Shown: positions 23,876 through 36,159 of the stretch, one piece after another
Numbering within the stretch: the stretch's first letter is position 1
Layout of the letters: every line of letters begins with the position of its first letter
Assembly (NCBI RefSeq): GCF_036365525.1
Contig: NC_090403.1
Span: 47,927,095-47,991,094 of the forward strand
DNA: 64,000 bases
Source: Heterodontus francisci
Taxonomy: Eukaryota
Direction of reading: 5' to 3'
Notes under the pieces: generated by a model
What the model saw: only the letters and a program-made list of their open reading frames with translations
What the model was told of the DNA's origin: nothing
Databases searched by the model: none
Translations under genes and position numbers: made by a program

Positions 23876-24213
23876 TGATTGAGAGATACAGCACTGAAAC
23901 AGGCCCTTCAGCCCACCGAGTCTGTGCCGGCCATCAACCACCCATTTATACTAATCCTACAGTAATCCCATATTCCTACCACATCCCCACCTGTCCCTAT
24001 ACTTCCCTAATCAATAACCTATACTAGGGACAATTTATAATGGCCAATTTACCTATCAACCTGCAAGTCTTTGGGAGGAAACCGGAGCACCCGGAGGAAA
24101 CCCACGCAGACACAGGGAGAACTTGCAAACTCCACACAGGCAGTACCCAGAATTGAACCCGGGTCGCTGGAGCTGTGAGGCTGCGGTACTAACCACTGCG
24201 CCACTGTGCCGCC
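23876..24213 (-). mobile_element. tRNA-derived SINE (HE1-like)
   Basis: Reverse complement of the 1044-1365 family, with intact A and B boxes. Confidence 0.85.
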
Positions 24214-24429
24214 CTCTTGCCTCTAAACGCCCTGCTCAATCAGGCTTTTCTCCTCAACTCTGATATTTTTTATAATAAATAAGTAAAAGTATTCAATGAA
24301 AAAAAAACACTTTTTAATGACCCCATGATTTTTTTCCCCTCCTGGGAGCAGGGTCCAAGAAAATCATTAAATTTCTGAAGACTCCAGGGCAGTCCAGGAT
24401 GGTTGGCAACGAGCAGGCTGAGACCTTTT

Positions 24430-24648
24430 TTGTGTCGCGCAGCCCTCCGGTCCAGTGGGTGGCGCGCTAACTCGGTGTGTGGCTTGTGATTGGCTGCCGT
24501 ACGTTTCATTCTGATTGGCTCTTCTCGGCAAGGCCCCCGGGTTCGGCTTTAGGATTGGTCAGTTCTGTGCTTCTCTCTGATTGGGAGGGCTGGTTGGGAC
24601 GAATCGGGGGTCGGTTTGCTGTGGGGTGTTTGTGAAGATGGCGGCGCT
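24430..24648 (+). promoter_or_regulatory. CpG-rich MRPL10 promoter with four inverted CCAAT boxes and a YY1 site over the ATG
   Basis: ATTGG at 24489, 24514, 24554 and 24580; AAGATGGCGGC at 24635-24645; no TATA box. Confidence 0.7.
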
Positions 24649-24674
24649 GTGCGGGTGGCTGCTGAGTGCCAGAG
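24638..24674 (+). CDS. mrpl10: Mitochondrial ribosomal protein L10 (uL10m), exon 1
   Basis: MAALCGWLLSAR+G, good Kozak context, donor G|GTGAGA; phase 1 fits exon 2. Confidence 0.85.
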
Positions 24675-24859
24675 GTGAGACTGAAACAAAGAACAGAAAA
24701 TGAAAATGTGCAGAATGTACAAAAAGAAAAAGCAGCTTAATGTTCTGCCTCTTTGTAGAGCTGCCCTGATCAAAACATTTAATATTTTCCTCCTTTTAGA
24801 TCCAACTGCTCTGTGTATTTCCAAATCTCACAACCACATTATGTTCCACTTTATAACCA

Positions 24860-25235
24860 ATGAAGTACTTTTTAAAGTGTAGTCACTGTTGTAATGTAGG
24901 AAACGCAGCAGCCAGTTTGTGCACAGCAAGCTTCCACAAACAGCAATGTGATGAAGACCAGATAGTTTGTGATGTTGATTGAGGATGAAATATCAGCCAA
25001 AACACCAGGGAGAACTCCACTGCTGCTCTTTGAAATAGTGCCATCTACATCGATCAAAGAGAACAGACAGGGTCTCAGTTTAATGTCTCATCTGAAAGTC
25101 AGCATCTCTGACAGAGACAGCATTTCCTCAGTACTGCACAAAGTGTCAGCTTGGATTTTTGTGCTTAGGTCCTGGAGTGGGACTTGAACACACAACCTTC
25201 TGACTTGAGGTGGGAATTTTACCGACTGAGCCACG
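24860..25235 (-). mobile_element. Deu-domain SINE
   Basis: Reverse complement of the 4066/52535 family, with a B-box-like GTTCAAGTCC head. Confidence 0.7.
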
Positions 25236-27616
25236 GCTGGAAACAATAAGCAAGATAAACAGGGATGAGGAAGGCCGTTCAGCCAAACTGATTCATTCAT
25301 CCACCCAGGAAGACCTTCCAGTGTCACCTTCAAGCAGCATCCAATGGTTTCCTTAGAGAGTTTCCATTTAAGAAGATAATAGGAGCTGGAGTAGGTCATT
25401 TGGCCCTTTGAGCCTGCTGCTCCATTGAATAGGACCTTGGTTGATCATCTACCTCAACTCCACCTTCCCATATTATCCTTATATCCCTACATTCCCTTAG
25501 TACCCAAAAATCAAGTTACATTTGATCTGTTTTTCCAATTAAATTGAGGCCCCATCTGTTCTCTCATGTGGACATAAACGATCCCATGGCACGATTTTTG
25601 AAGAAGAGTTATACCCAGTGTTTTGGCCAATATTTATCCCTCAATCAAGGTCACAAACAGATTACTGGTCGTGATCACATTGCTGTTTGTGGGAGATTGA
25701 TGTGTGCAAATTGATTGTTGCGTTTCCTACATTTCCACAGTGACTACACCAAATAATACTTTATTGGTTGCAAAGTGCTGTAATTGTGAAAGGCCCTATA
25801 TAATTGCAGTTTTTTTTGATACACAGAATATTGTTGTAGTAGCTCAGTGAGGTTTCTCAGGTGATCACCTAAGTCATGAAATTTTGGATGATCCTCTGTG
25901 TCCCACTAATAGCAGGAAGGAAAGTATGAGTTATTTTGCAAACAGCAGTTAATGTTCAATCAATTGTAAATGTTGGATCTGAGATTGATAGATTTTTGTT
26001 ATCCAAAAGTTTTAAGCAAAATGGTGCAAAGGCAGGTATATGGAGTTAGGTCACAGATCAGCTGCGATCTCATTGAATGGAGGAACAGGCTCGAGGGCTA
26101 AATGGTCTACTCCTGTTCCCATGTGAGAGAGGATGATAGATTGTCCTAGCTGCAGCAAAGCATTTCAAAGCAAGCGAAAATCCATTCAAAAAAGGTCATA
26201 GAAACATCTCTGAAATGTAAAATAGTGAAATTTTGAGCAAGTGTACTTGTACTGGACTTAATTCTCAAGACCTCTCAAGATTTATTGAAGCATTGTTACA
26301 TTGTCTACCTGCTGGGTGAAAGCTCTGTCTCTGCTGTTCTACAGTTGATCACGGACTGGACTTTAAAAAAATTAGTAAATAAAGAATTCAGTATCTGATT
26401 TCCATCAAGCAAGTATTGAGTAAAATGTTTTAGATTTTGGAGTTGCAAGTACATGGTCTGACTCTTAGAGCATTCAAGTCCCTGCTAAACTGTAGTTTTG
26501 GTGAAATAACAGGATGTACAGCACTGAAAGAAGCCACTTGACCCAGCTGATGCATGCCAGTATTTATGTTCCGCATGAGCCTCATCTCACCCTATCAGCG
26601 TAGCCTTCTGTTCATTTTTCCCTTGTGTTTATCTAGCCTCCCCATAAATAGCATCTGTGCTGTTTGCATCAACTACTTGTGGTAGTGTGTTTCACATTCT
26701 AATTTCTCCAGATAAAGATTGGGGTGTCAGTTGTGACATCATTTGAATCTAAAATCTATGACTGGGTTCACTACCTGTTTTGGTGCGCAGCTAGAGGAAA
26801 GTCCGAGGTTAAACTCTGGTCTTTGCTAAATTAGCTAATTTCAGCCAGAACTGTGCTACTGGTAACAGCATTATCTTCACTGTCCTTGGGAAAGGATTAA
26901 AAATAGACTGGGGTCCCCATTTCTGATCGCTTTTCAGTGATTCAGGTGGGAAGTGCACCTGCAGCCACTAGACGAGAACAGGGTCACATTTGGCTATAAT
27001 GCACATCATGGTCAAACTTTCATTGTTCTTGGCTCCCGTGAAAAATGACCACTTGTGTGTGATACAGAAAGCGCAGTTGACACATGTGCAACTGTGAATT
27101 GATGCCTTTAGAAAAGGTGTCTCTGAGCATAGCATCCTGCACATGTTTTGTTTTTTAAAAAAAGTCTTAATTCCGGCCTTTCTCAAAACAAAACAGACTG
27201 GCCATTATGTGCCCTCACCACCTTATCCTTTTCGAGATGATCTAAGTAGGTACTTAAGAATATTTCTGAAAGATGTTTTCTTGCTTTCCTGATCACTCCA
27301 CCCCACCTCTTCTGTGCCCAAAAGCATGGCCAGTTCTTCACTCTCAGGTCTATGAAAATGTTGTCCTGAAGTAGGTTACCAGGAGGGGCCCATGTAATGA
27401 CTTCTGCCTTAAGTTTTCCTTCTCTCCCTGTGTTGAATCTCTAGGTCTCCGTTTAAGCCCAATCCCATGATTGGATGACCGAGGTTAGCATTTCAGTGAG
27501 CATGTGTTGCAGTGAATGGCACGAATAAAGCCTTTTTTAATTGCTTGAATTGTAAGTACTTAGCTTCTTAAGAGCCTGAGGGGTTCACTAAATCCAAGTG
27601 TTTTTGTTTTTTCAAG

Positions 27617-27786
27617 GGTGGCTTCCACCCCAACAGATTGTGCGTCATGGATCCAAGGCCGTCACCCGCCACCGCAAAGCCATGCACTTCCTGCGTCAGA
27701 AACTGCTCGCTGTCACACAATATATCCCTCCAAAGCCTGCCATCCCAGAAAGATGCATAAAACCTAGGAAGTGGGAGGTCCACGAG
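27617..27786 (+). CDS. mrpl10: MRPL10 exon 2
   Basis: [36 protein letters not shown] matches the MRPL10 N-terminal motif; AG/GT boundaries, 170 nt. Confidence 0.95.
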
Positions 27787-28254
27787 GTGAAGATATTTAA
27801 TGAATGTGGCTTTGTGCTTTAATTGACATTTCTTCCCTGTACTGTGTGTAGCTGGGGGAAAGAGCCTGAATCAGGCCATATTCTGTTTATGGGATGAAGT
27901 CTTATTTATTTGATGTGAACATTCCTGGCAGGGGTCTGTTACTGTTACTGATAGATCTCCTGTGCTATTACTCACAGCTGGTAGGAGCACGGATACTTGT
28001 TATGCTCCTCAGTAGCAAAGCATAATCGATATAGAGATGTCAAGGGTGGGGACAAGACGTCTGCTGTTGCACACTTTCTTACGGAACTCTCATTCATGCA
28101 GTCACAATATTTTATAAGTTTATAAGAATTAAGAAAATATGGTTTAAGGAAAGGCCGCTAAATTCTTTTCATATGCAATACACAATCTACACTATTGTGG
28201 ACTCGCTGTTCTGAGTAAGGTCACTAATCACAAGAACAACTGCCAAACATGCAA

Positions 28255-28895
28255 AATTATGAAGAGAGAAACATAGTTAACATTTCAGGTCTGACCTTTC
28301 ATCAGAACAGATGAAAGGTCACATCTGATGAAAGGTCATAGACCCGAAACGTTAACTCTGTTTCTCTCTCTGCAGATGGGAAGGCGATGGCGTAGTGGTA
28401 TTGTCACTGGACTAGTAACCCAGAGACCCAGGGTATTGCTCTGGGGACATGGGTTCAAATCCCACCACAGCGGAAGGTGGAATTTGAATTCAATTAATAA
28501 ATCTGGAATTAAAAAGCGAGTCTAATGATGGCCATGAAACCATTGTCGATTGTTGTAAAAACCCATCTGGTTCACTAATGTCCTTTAGGGAAGGAAATCT
28601 GCTGTCCTTACCTGGTCTGGCCTACATGTGACTCCAGACCCACAGCAATGTGGTTGACTCTTACATGCCCTCTGAAATGGCCTAGCAAGCCACTCAGTTG
28701 TATCTAACCGCTACGAAGTCCAAATGGACTGCAGCTGTTCAAGGGCAATTAGGGATGGGCAGCTGGCCTAGCCAGTGACGCCCAAATCCCATGAATGAAT
28801 AAAAAAAAAAGATGCTGCCAGACCTGCTGAGTATTTCCAGCACTATCTGTTTTTATTTCACATTTGCAGCATCTGCAGTATTTTTCTTTTATTAT
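28255..28895. mobile_element. Penelope-derived element split by a SINE insertion
   Basis: CTGATGAAAGGTCATAGACCCGAAACGTTAAC at 28325-28356; the element resumes at ~28811 (GATGCTGCCAGACCTGCTGAG), with GATG duplicated either side of the insert. Confidence 0.65.
28378..28810 (+). mobile_element. tRNA-headed SINE, bipartite derivative of the LINE at 36160-39410
   Basis: A box TGGCGTAGTGG, B box GGTTCAAATCC, poly-A end; 5' part matches the LINE head and 3' part the LINE tail. Confidence 0.85.
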
Positions 28896-29724
28896 GCAAA
28901 ATCATGAAACTTTCTACAGACTGGAATCGAGTGAAAACTTCCAGATATTAATCTGATGTATTTTGCAAGCTGAGATTCAGCACTGATTCACTGGATCCCA
29001 CAGATGACCCTTCCATAGACTCAGCAACATAGAAACTGTTGGGGTCCATGTGTTAACATGCCTATTCATAATATTCAGTTCTGTTAAACACTTTCTTTTG
29101 TAAAGTTGGGGAGAGAGCTGGTTACCATAAATCTTTGCAAATAACACATCTTCTTGCCCCTGCAACCCCTCCTCCACCCCCAGCCTCAGTACAAAAAGTA
29201 GGGGTGCACATTACGCATGGCTACTATCTGTTATTCATTCATGGGATGTGGAGCATCACTGGCGAGGCCAGCATTTATTACCCATCCCTAATTGCCCTTC
29301 AGAAGTTGTTGGTGACCTGCCTTCTTGAACTGCTGCAGTCTGTGTTGTATAGGTACACCCACAGTGCTGTTAGGGAGTTTTAGGATTTGACTCAGCAACA
29401 GTGAAGGAACGATGGAAGAGGAGCTGTGATGTCAGGCTTGGCTCAGTGGTAGCATTTTGCCCCTGAGTCAGAAGGTCATGGATTCCCTCCCATTCCGGAG
29501 CACATAATCTAGGCTGATAATTCATTGCAGTACTCCTCTCTCAGGAAGGCATAAAAGATCCCAGGGGACATCCAGAGGACATGAAAAGTGCTAGTGATGG
29601 GTAGATTAGAAGGTAAAGTCAGTGAATTTAAAGCAGCAGAAACAGAAGGAACAATGTAATATATTAATGAGTGAGCCCACTTAAGACTGGAATAAATTGC
29701 ATTCTGGATATTCTATGGAAACAG

Positions 29725-30075
29725 CAACCTGTATTTATATATAGCACTTTTCCAAGGCACTTAACAGGAGTTTTATAAAACAAAATTGACATCGAGCTAC
29801 ATAAACAGATATTACGGCAGATGGCCAAAATCTTGGTCAAAGAAGTAGGTTTTAAGGAGTGTTTTAAAGGAAGAGAGAGAGGCACAGAGGTTTAGGAAGA
29901 GAATTCCAGACTTTAAGGCCAATGCAACTGAAGACATAGCTACCATTGGTGGAATGGTTAAAATCAGGGATGCTCAAGAGGCCAGAATTAGACATCTCAG
30001 AGCATTGTAGGGCTGGAGGAGATTACAGAGATAGGGAGGGGTGAGGCCATGAGGGATTTGAAAACAAGATGAGAA
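29725..30075 (-). mobile_element. L2-like LINE 3' fragment
   Basis: Similar to 34360-34750, 59690-60100 and 61905-62265 (LWNSLP...LK..LFDQ type ending). Confidence 0.6.
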
Positions 30076-30943
30076 AGGTGTCTAAAACTGTTAACTTGTT
30101 AGACTTTGAACTTGACCAAGCTGAATTCCCTCGCCATCAATCTTTTTCACTAGACCTGAAAAAAAGTCTCCTTCCAAAGAGAATGTTTTGGGAATATATT
30201 CCTTTATAACTGGACAAAGAGAGAAACGGAGACCACACAATACTGTGGGATGTTGTGTTTATGGTGCTGCAGTACTTGATCTGCACCACCAGAGGCCCCT
30301 TGTGAGCCACATAAATGTAGTGACCTCAAGTAGCAAAAACTAGATGCTGAAACAGTGGTTTGCAGTTTACAGTCCCTTTCGTTTACGGTAAATGAAAACC
30401 TGATAATATCCCGATTTATAGATGCAGTTGATAAATCATCTGACCAGTGTGGAATTGTGTCATGGGGACCAGGAAGATTTCAAAATATATCTCGGGTGTG
30501 AGTTGAGTTAGCTACTCTTGGCTGGGGCAGCTGATAGGAGTACAGCAACTGGCCTCAGTGCCCTCTGAATAGAGAGAGGAAAGGTCAGCTGGGGTCTCAT
30601 TTCTGATTCCTATTCGGTAACCCTGATGGACGAGGCACAACTGCGGATTTCACAAGAGGAAAGGTGTGGGCTTGGCTGTGATGCTGCTCAAGGTCAAAAA
30701 ACCTGTTAATGGTTGCTCCCTGGGAGGTACAAATGGCCAGTTAGGACTCGGAGAACTGTACCTTGGTAGTTTCATGAGACTGGAGTGGTAAATAACTGCA
30801 TTTTTTCTAGCTGTATGTAATACCCACTTCTGGTTGTTAACAAAAGTACCTGTCTTTCCTATAACATGTAACAGCATTTCACTGTTTTCTATTAGACGAT
30901 GAGAAGCCATATCTAACAATGTTTGTGTAAATCTCTCCTTTAG

Positions 30944-31108
30944 CCAACTGGTTTAGAAAGGTTCCTACGTCGTGACGTGGAGATGACATTCAGAGAGAAT
31001 AAAATGATTGCCTTTTTCCAGAACAACTCCATCACCTCCGAGGAGCTGAGGCTTCTTCGCCATCGATTATTGAAACACGATATTCGCATGAAATTCTTTC
31101 CTAACCAG
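30944..31108 (+). CDS. mrpl10: MRPL10 exon 3
   Basis: PTGLERFLRRDVEMTFRENKMIAFFQNNSITSEELRLLRHRLLKHDIRMKFFPNQ; AG/GT boundaries, 165 nt, phase 0-0 (not in the ORF track). Confidence 0.95.
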
Positions 31109-31529
31109 GTTTGTGTTAACTTTGCATCCTATGTATCGTTCTATAGCTGACGCGTTCGTAGAATTACCGCAGCCTGGTTAGCAGCGTTTGTTTCATAGCT
31201 AGTCTTTTCTTCAACTCCCAGGTATTTCTCCAGAAGACGTCAACTTTTCTTGAAGGTTCCACAAGTATCTGTAGCTCTTCATTATCTTGCCTAAGTGGAT
31301 GTTCTCCATGTGTGACCCTAACTAGTGGCCTGGGCTGAAAATCGCATGCTTGTAGTTTCATGAAGACTTGGTTCTAATGCCACTCACAATTGTAGTCTCA
31401 GCTCGTGTGGAGAATAATATTTGGATGGTGTAAAGGGGACCAATTGCCAATGTCTGTGGCATTACACACTTGAGATGATGTGGAAAGACAACAAACCAAA
31501 AAGAAAATTAGTTCCCATTCAGAAGTACA

Positions 31530-31860
31530 GGGTATGATAGCTTAGTGGTTATGTTACAGGGTAGTAATCCAGAGACCTGGACTAATTTGGTGATATGAGT
31601 TCAAATCCAGCAGCTGGGGAATTTAATTTCAGTTGATTAAATAAAATCTAGAATAAATAAAATCAGTAATGGATTGTTGTAAAAACCCATCTGGTTCACA
31701 AATGACCTTTCGGGAAGGAAATCTGCTGTCCTGTATGGTCTGTGTGTGACTCCAGACCCACAGTAATGTGGTTGATTCTTAAATGCCCTCTGCAATGGCC
31801 TAGCAAGTCACTCAGTTGTTTCGAGGGAAATACTTGCGAGTAATGCTTACATCCTGTCAA
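31530..31860 (+). mobile_element. Diverged tRNA-headed SINE (28378 family)
   Basis: Shared AAAAACCCATCTGGTTCAC...GTGACTCCAGACCCACAG body. Confidence 0.75.
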
Positions 31861-32329
31861 TTAAGAAAATTTTACAAGGTGGGGATAATCGAAACAGAAT
31901 ACAGAAATGTAATTCAGAACCCATATCAAAGTCATACATTCTGTCAATTTGATGTTTCCATTATCAATTCCTATCTCCACCTTTATAATAGAAACTGCTT
32001 ATGTAAACTTGTCATGCTATAATTTCACTCTCTTGCTACAGTCTGGAGAAGGGCAATTACAACCTGACAAGTTTGCATCCATTATAAATGTGAGCATAGG
32101 AATTTATCATGCAACAATTTTACAAGACGTTCTTGCAGATGCAAGATTTTTAATATATTTTCAATTTACTTATGAAATATTAGATATAAAGTTTAAATGA
32201 AGGTGAGGAGGTAAGGCCCATATGCTGTTTATGGTGCTCATCAGGACTTGCTTGCAGCTTTGCTTGGTGTTGTGAAGTCTAACTGTATGTTCTATGTTTT
32301 ATAGGCAAACTCAATTGTCAATTTATACA

Positions 32330-33150
32330 CAGCCAACTTCCACAAACAGCATTGGGATAAATGACAGATAATTTGTCGTGTTGGTTGAGGAATAAATGTT
32401 GGCCAGGACACCATGCACTTCTTCAGATAGTGCCATGGGATCTTTTACATCCACCTGAGAGAGCAGACATCTTATCTGAAAGATGGCATCTCCAACAGTG
32501 CAGCAGTCCCTCAGTACTGCACTGAAGTCTTGGCCTAGCTTTTGTGCATGCGTCTCTGGAGTGGGACTTGAACCAATAACCTTGTGATTTAGAGGCAAAA
32601 CTGTTACCACTGAGCCAAGGCTGACACAGCAGTAAAACTGGCCATGCATCATATTGCTGTTTGTAGATATTGCCTGTTTAAGTCAAGTCTGTGTGATATT
32701 TTAATATTACATTTCACTGTATAAATAAAAAAAAAGACTTCTATTTATCTCGTGCTTTTCATGACCACTGGATGTCTCAAAGTACTTTACAGGCAATGAA
32801 GTAGTTTTGAAGCACAGTCACTATTGTAATGTAGGAAACACAGCAGCCAATTTAGCACACAGCAAGCTCCCTCAAACTGCAATGTGATAATAACCTGATA
32901 ATCTGTTTCTGTGATGTTGATTGAGTGATAAATATGGGCGGTTAACTCCCTGCTCATGTTTGAAATTGTGCCATGGGATCTTTTACATCTACCAGAATAG
33001 GCAGATGGGGCTTCAGATCGCAGCTCTGACAGTGCAGCACACCCTCAGAACTGCACTGAAGTGTTGATCTCAAGTCCTGGAATGGGACTTGAAACTGGAA
33101 CCTTGTGATTCAGAGGCAAGTGTGCTACCAACTGAGTGACAGCTGATACT
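32330..33150 (-). mobile_element. Two adjacent Deu-domain SINE copies (~32330-32625 and ~32735-33150)
   Basis: Both contain GTGCCATGGGATCTTTTACAT and GGGACTTGAA. Confidence 0.75.
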
Positions 33151-33220
33151 GTCTTAGTCTTGGTGACGGCGTATTTCATGTTTACATATTGTAATGTCAC
33201 TTGTTATCTCTCTGTCTCAG

Positions 33221-33365
33221 ATCCTGCGTTCGTATCTAGCAGACACCAAGTACAAAAATCTGTTGCCCTTGTTTATTGGTCACAATATCATTATCGTGAG
33301 TAAGGAACCCAAAGCAAAAGAGCTGCTGCAGACCGTGCGCAGTACAACTCAGATCAGTTTACTGG
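33221..33365 (+). CDS. mrpl10: MRPL10 exon 4
   Basis: ILRSYLADTKYKNLLPLFIGHNIIIVSKEPKAKELL...LLG; donor G|GTAAG, 145 nt. Confidence 0.95.
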
Positions 33366-33762
33366 GTAAGAGCTGCTTTAGAGCAATGGCAGAGCTAGGT
33401 TCACATTGGAACCTATGTTGTTTACAATTTCCAATTGTGTCTGATTCCAAAACTTAATTTCACAGGTTTCATTAGCTTGCATGCTCTCTTTTACAGAGCT
33501 TTAGTCTAACAATTGCTTTACGTCACTGGACTGAAACTGATGTTGTATTCAAGAACATCATTCATAAATTTCATGCTTACGTTATTATAATATGAATGGT
33601 TGTGGAACTCAGATTACCTTATAGATGAGTGGATCCCACCAAAATATGTTTAATTGTTGAGGATTTCAGCTCTTCTTTAATATTCCTTAGCATTGACCAC
33701 CACTGTCTGTCATGCCTTACACTCTGGTCACACACTCATACATAGTAAAAAGGGGTTACTGG

Positions 33763-34074
33763 TAAAGCCTGGCTACTCGACCCAAACCTGACTAAACCCG
33801 ACTGCATGTGTTGGGTGCAGGTCAGGTCGAATTTCCAAGTCCAGCATTCGGGCTCGGGTCGGGTTGGGCCGGACACTGCTTCCAGGAAGTCACGGGATCA
33901 GGCTTACCCATGATTCTCCACAATTCCAGCTGCAGGAATATCCTGCTGCCGGAACAGATGAAGGAGATTCGTGTAGGGTCAGGTCAGGCGTGAAAAAAAA
34001 TTATTGGGTTCGGGTTGGCTGTGGTCGGGTCAGGCCCGGGTCGGGTTTTAATTTTATAGCCGAGCCAGGCTTTA
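33763..34074. mobile_element. hAT-type non-autonomous DNA transposon (MITE) in mrpl10 intron 4
   Basis: 12-bp terminal inverted repeats TAAAGCCTGGCT/AGCCAGGCTTTA, 8-bp TSD GTTACTGG/GTTACTAG, and CCCGA/TCGGG subterminal repeats. Confidence 0.85.
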
Positions 34075-34359
34075 GTTACTAGTGTCTGGGCATAAAATAC
34101 ATTTATTGTAATTTTATTGCTGGCTTGCTGCTCACTGTCTTTATGTTTGTGGAAACAATGTTTCAGTGAGCAAGTGGTCATCTATGAAATGACTCCCGAG
34201 GGAGAAGATAGAAACAGTTAATATTGATCATTCAGATGTAAATTAGATAGATTTCATACAGAAAAATAACATTTTGGGATACAGTGCATGAGTAATTTGA
34301 GACATGACATTTGGTAAGTGTAGTGTACTTTGGACCAATGGTTCCCGAAGCTCTCCACC

Positions 34360-34750
34360 ACTGGAGTTTTGACACCAGGTTCCATTGCCCATCACCTCTG
34401 TGCTCGCTGACCTACATTGATTCCTGGTCTGGCAATGCCTCAATTTTAAAATTCTCATCCTTGTTTTCAAATCCCTCTGTGACTTCACCCCTATCTCTGT
34501 AGCGTCCTTGAGCCCCCCTTTAAAATCTCTGCACTCCTTCAATTCTGGCCTCATGCATTCCCAATTTAATCGCTTCACCATTGGGGGCTGTACCTTTAGT
34601 TGCCGAGCTCCAAAGCTCTGGAATTCCCTCCCTATATCTCTCCCCCTCTCTACCTCTCCTCCTTTAAGATGCTGCTTAAAATCTACCTCTTTGACCAAGC
34701 CTTTGGTCATCTGTCTTAATTTCTCCTTAAGTGGCTCGCTGTCAAATTTT
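34360..34750 (+). mobile_element. L2-like LINE 3' fragment
   Basis: ITSVLADLH..FKILILVFKSL..APKLWNSLP motifs. Confidence 0.7.
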
Positions 34751-34856
34751 ACTTAAGAACATGGGAAATAGGAGCAGAAGCAGGCGATATAACTGCCAGC
34801 ATTTAGAAGGCACTAAGTTTCAACCCTATTGATTGTATTGTCTGCTTCCTGTGCAG

Positions 34857-35119
34857 GTGCTTGTATCGAAGATGTACTCTTCAGCAGACAGGGAGTGGTT
34901 AACTATTCCAGACTCCCGGGAATGCAGATCATCCGTGGGGAGATTGTTGGTGGCCTGACTCTTATGACATCACAGACATGCCAGCTTCTGCAGACTGGCC
35001 CCATGCGTCTTGCTGCCTTACTGGAGCAGTACTTGAAACAGCAGAGTGAAGCTGCCACTGGACTAAAGGAGACAGAGAATCTTGAGCAGAAGGAAATACA
35101 GGGGAGCCAAGGATCTTAG
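34857..35119 (+). CDS. mrpl10: MRPL10 exon 5 (terminal coding exon)
   Basis: ACIEDVLFSRQGVVNYSRLP..GEIVGGLT...LLEQY, stop TAG. The spliced CDS totals 780 nt (259 aa plus stop). Confidence 0.95.
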
Positions 35120-35193
35120 GGCTTTTGGCATTTGGGCATTTTCTGGGTGACAAAATATCTTTCTCTCTGTAGGGTTAAATGAATTGAAGAGGA

Positions 35194-35199
35194 AATAAA
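35194..35199 (+). terminator. Candidate polyadenylation signal of mrpl10
   Basis: First AATAAA after the stop, followed by GT-rich sequence; further AATAAA near 35800-35840. Confidence 0.45.
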
Positions 35200-36159
35200 A
35201 CCAAGTGTTTGTTCACAAATAGAGGGCTGTTTAACTATTGAGCAGTAACAGTTTTAAAACACACATCTCCCTCTTTCCAAATATATTGCTTTTACCATCT
35301 GTGACATTACAAGTGAGATGGATCTTCTGCACAGATATAGATTAAAACAGTTCCCAGAATATATGAACAAAAGGCAAAGGTTGAATCTCAACAAATTGTG
35401 ATATAAATGTTAAACCTAAATATCAGTTATTATCTTCCAATTGCATATGTTCATCTTTCAGGTATAATTTGATCAATGTGGAATTTGGCTCCACAATTGG
35501 GATTGACTGACTATGCCAGTTTTAGTTTCCTAGACCATCCTGTTATGGGATAAAAAGGAAAAGCGGAACGCTGGGTACCTGAAAATGCGCAGTCAACATC
35601 TGAACCAGAAAGCAAATATCATTGTTTGGAAATTTATAATGGAAAATTTCTCTGTCTTTCAGAGGCTGACAGAATTCCTGTGTATTTCCAGCATTTTCGG
35701 TTTCTATCTTATTCTGAGCCAGTTGGTGGTAATGGACGATATGTTAGAGCATTGATCAAGCAAATGTACTGGACCAGCTTGTTTTAACACACGTACTCTG
35801 AAATAAATCGGTTGAATTTTACGTGGCCCCATTAGAATAAAGTGTAGAACCTAGGGAATATAACACTCTTCTAATACTGTTAAATGTGTTACAGGCTGTC
35901 ACTGTAATCCACAATGAGTCGAGGGTAATTGATCCTTTCTCAGAATTTTGGAAATGGACTCAATGGCAAGGCACATGATGTTTAAAAGACGAGACAAAAC
36001 ATACAACAGCACTGTAAGAAAAAAAGTTCTATCATGCACATTAATTTGGCAGGCTCCTGAGTACTTTTCGGTTTTACCAATCAAAAGTAGGACAGAAGTT
36101 TGATTCCTGCTCCATGTTGAGTTTTCTGGTTTCAGTAGAAATGCTATAATTGAGATTAA

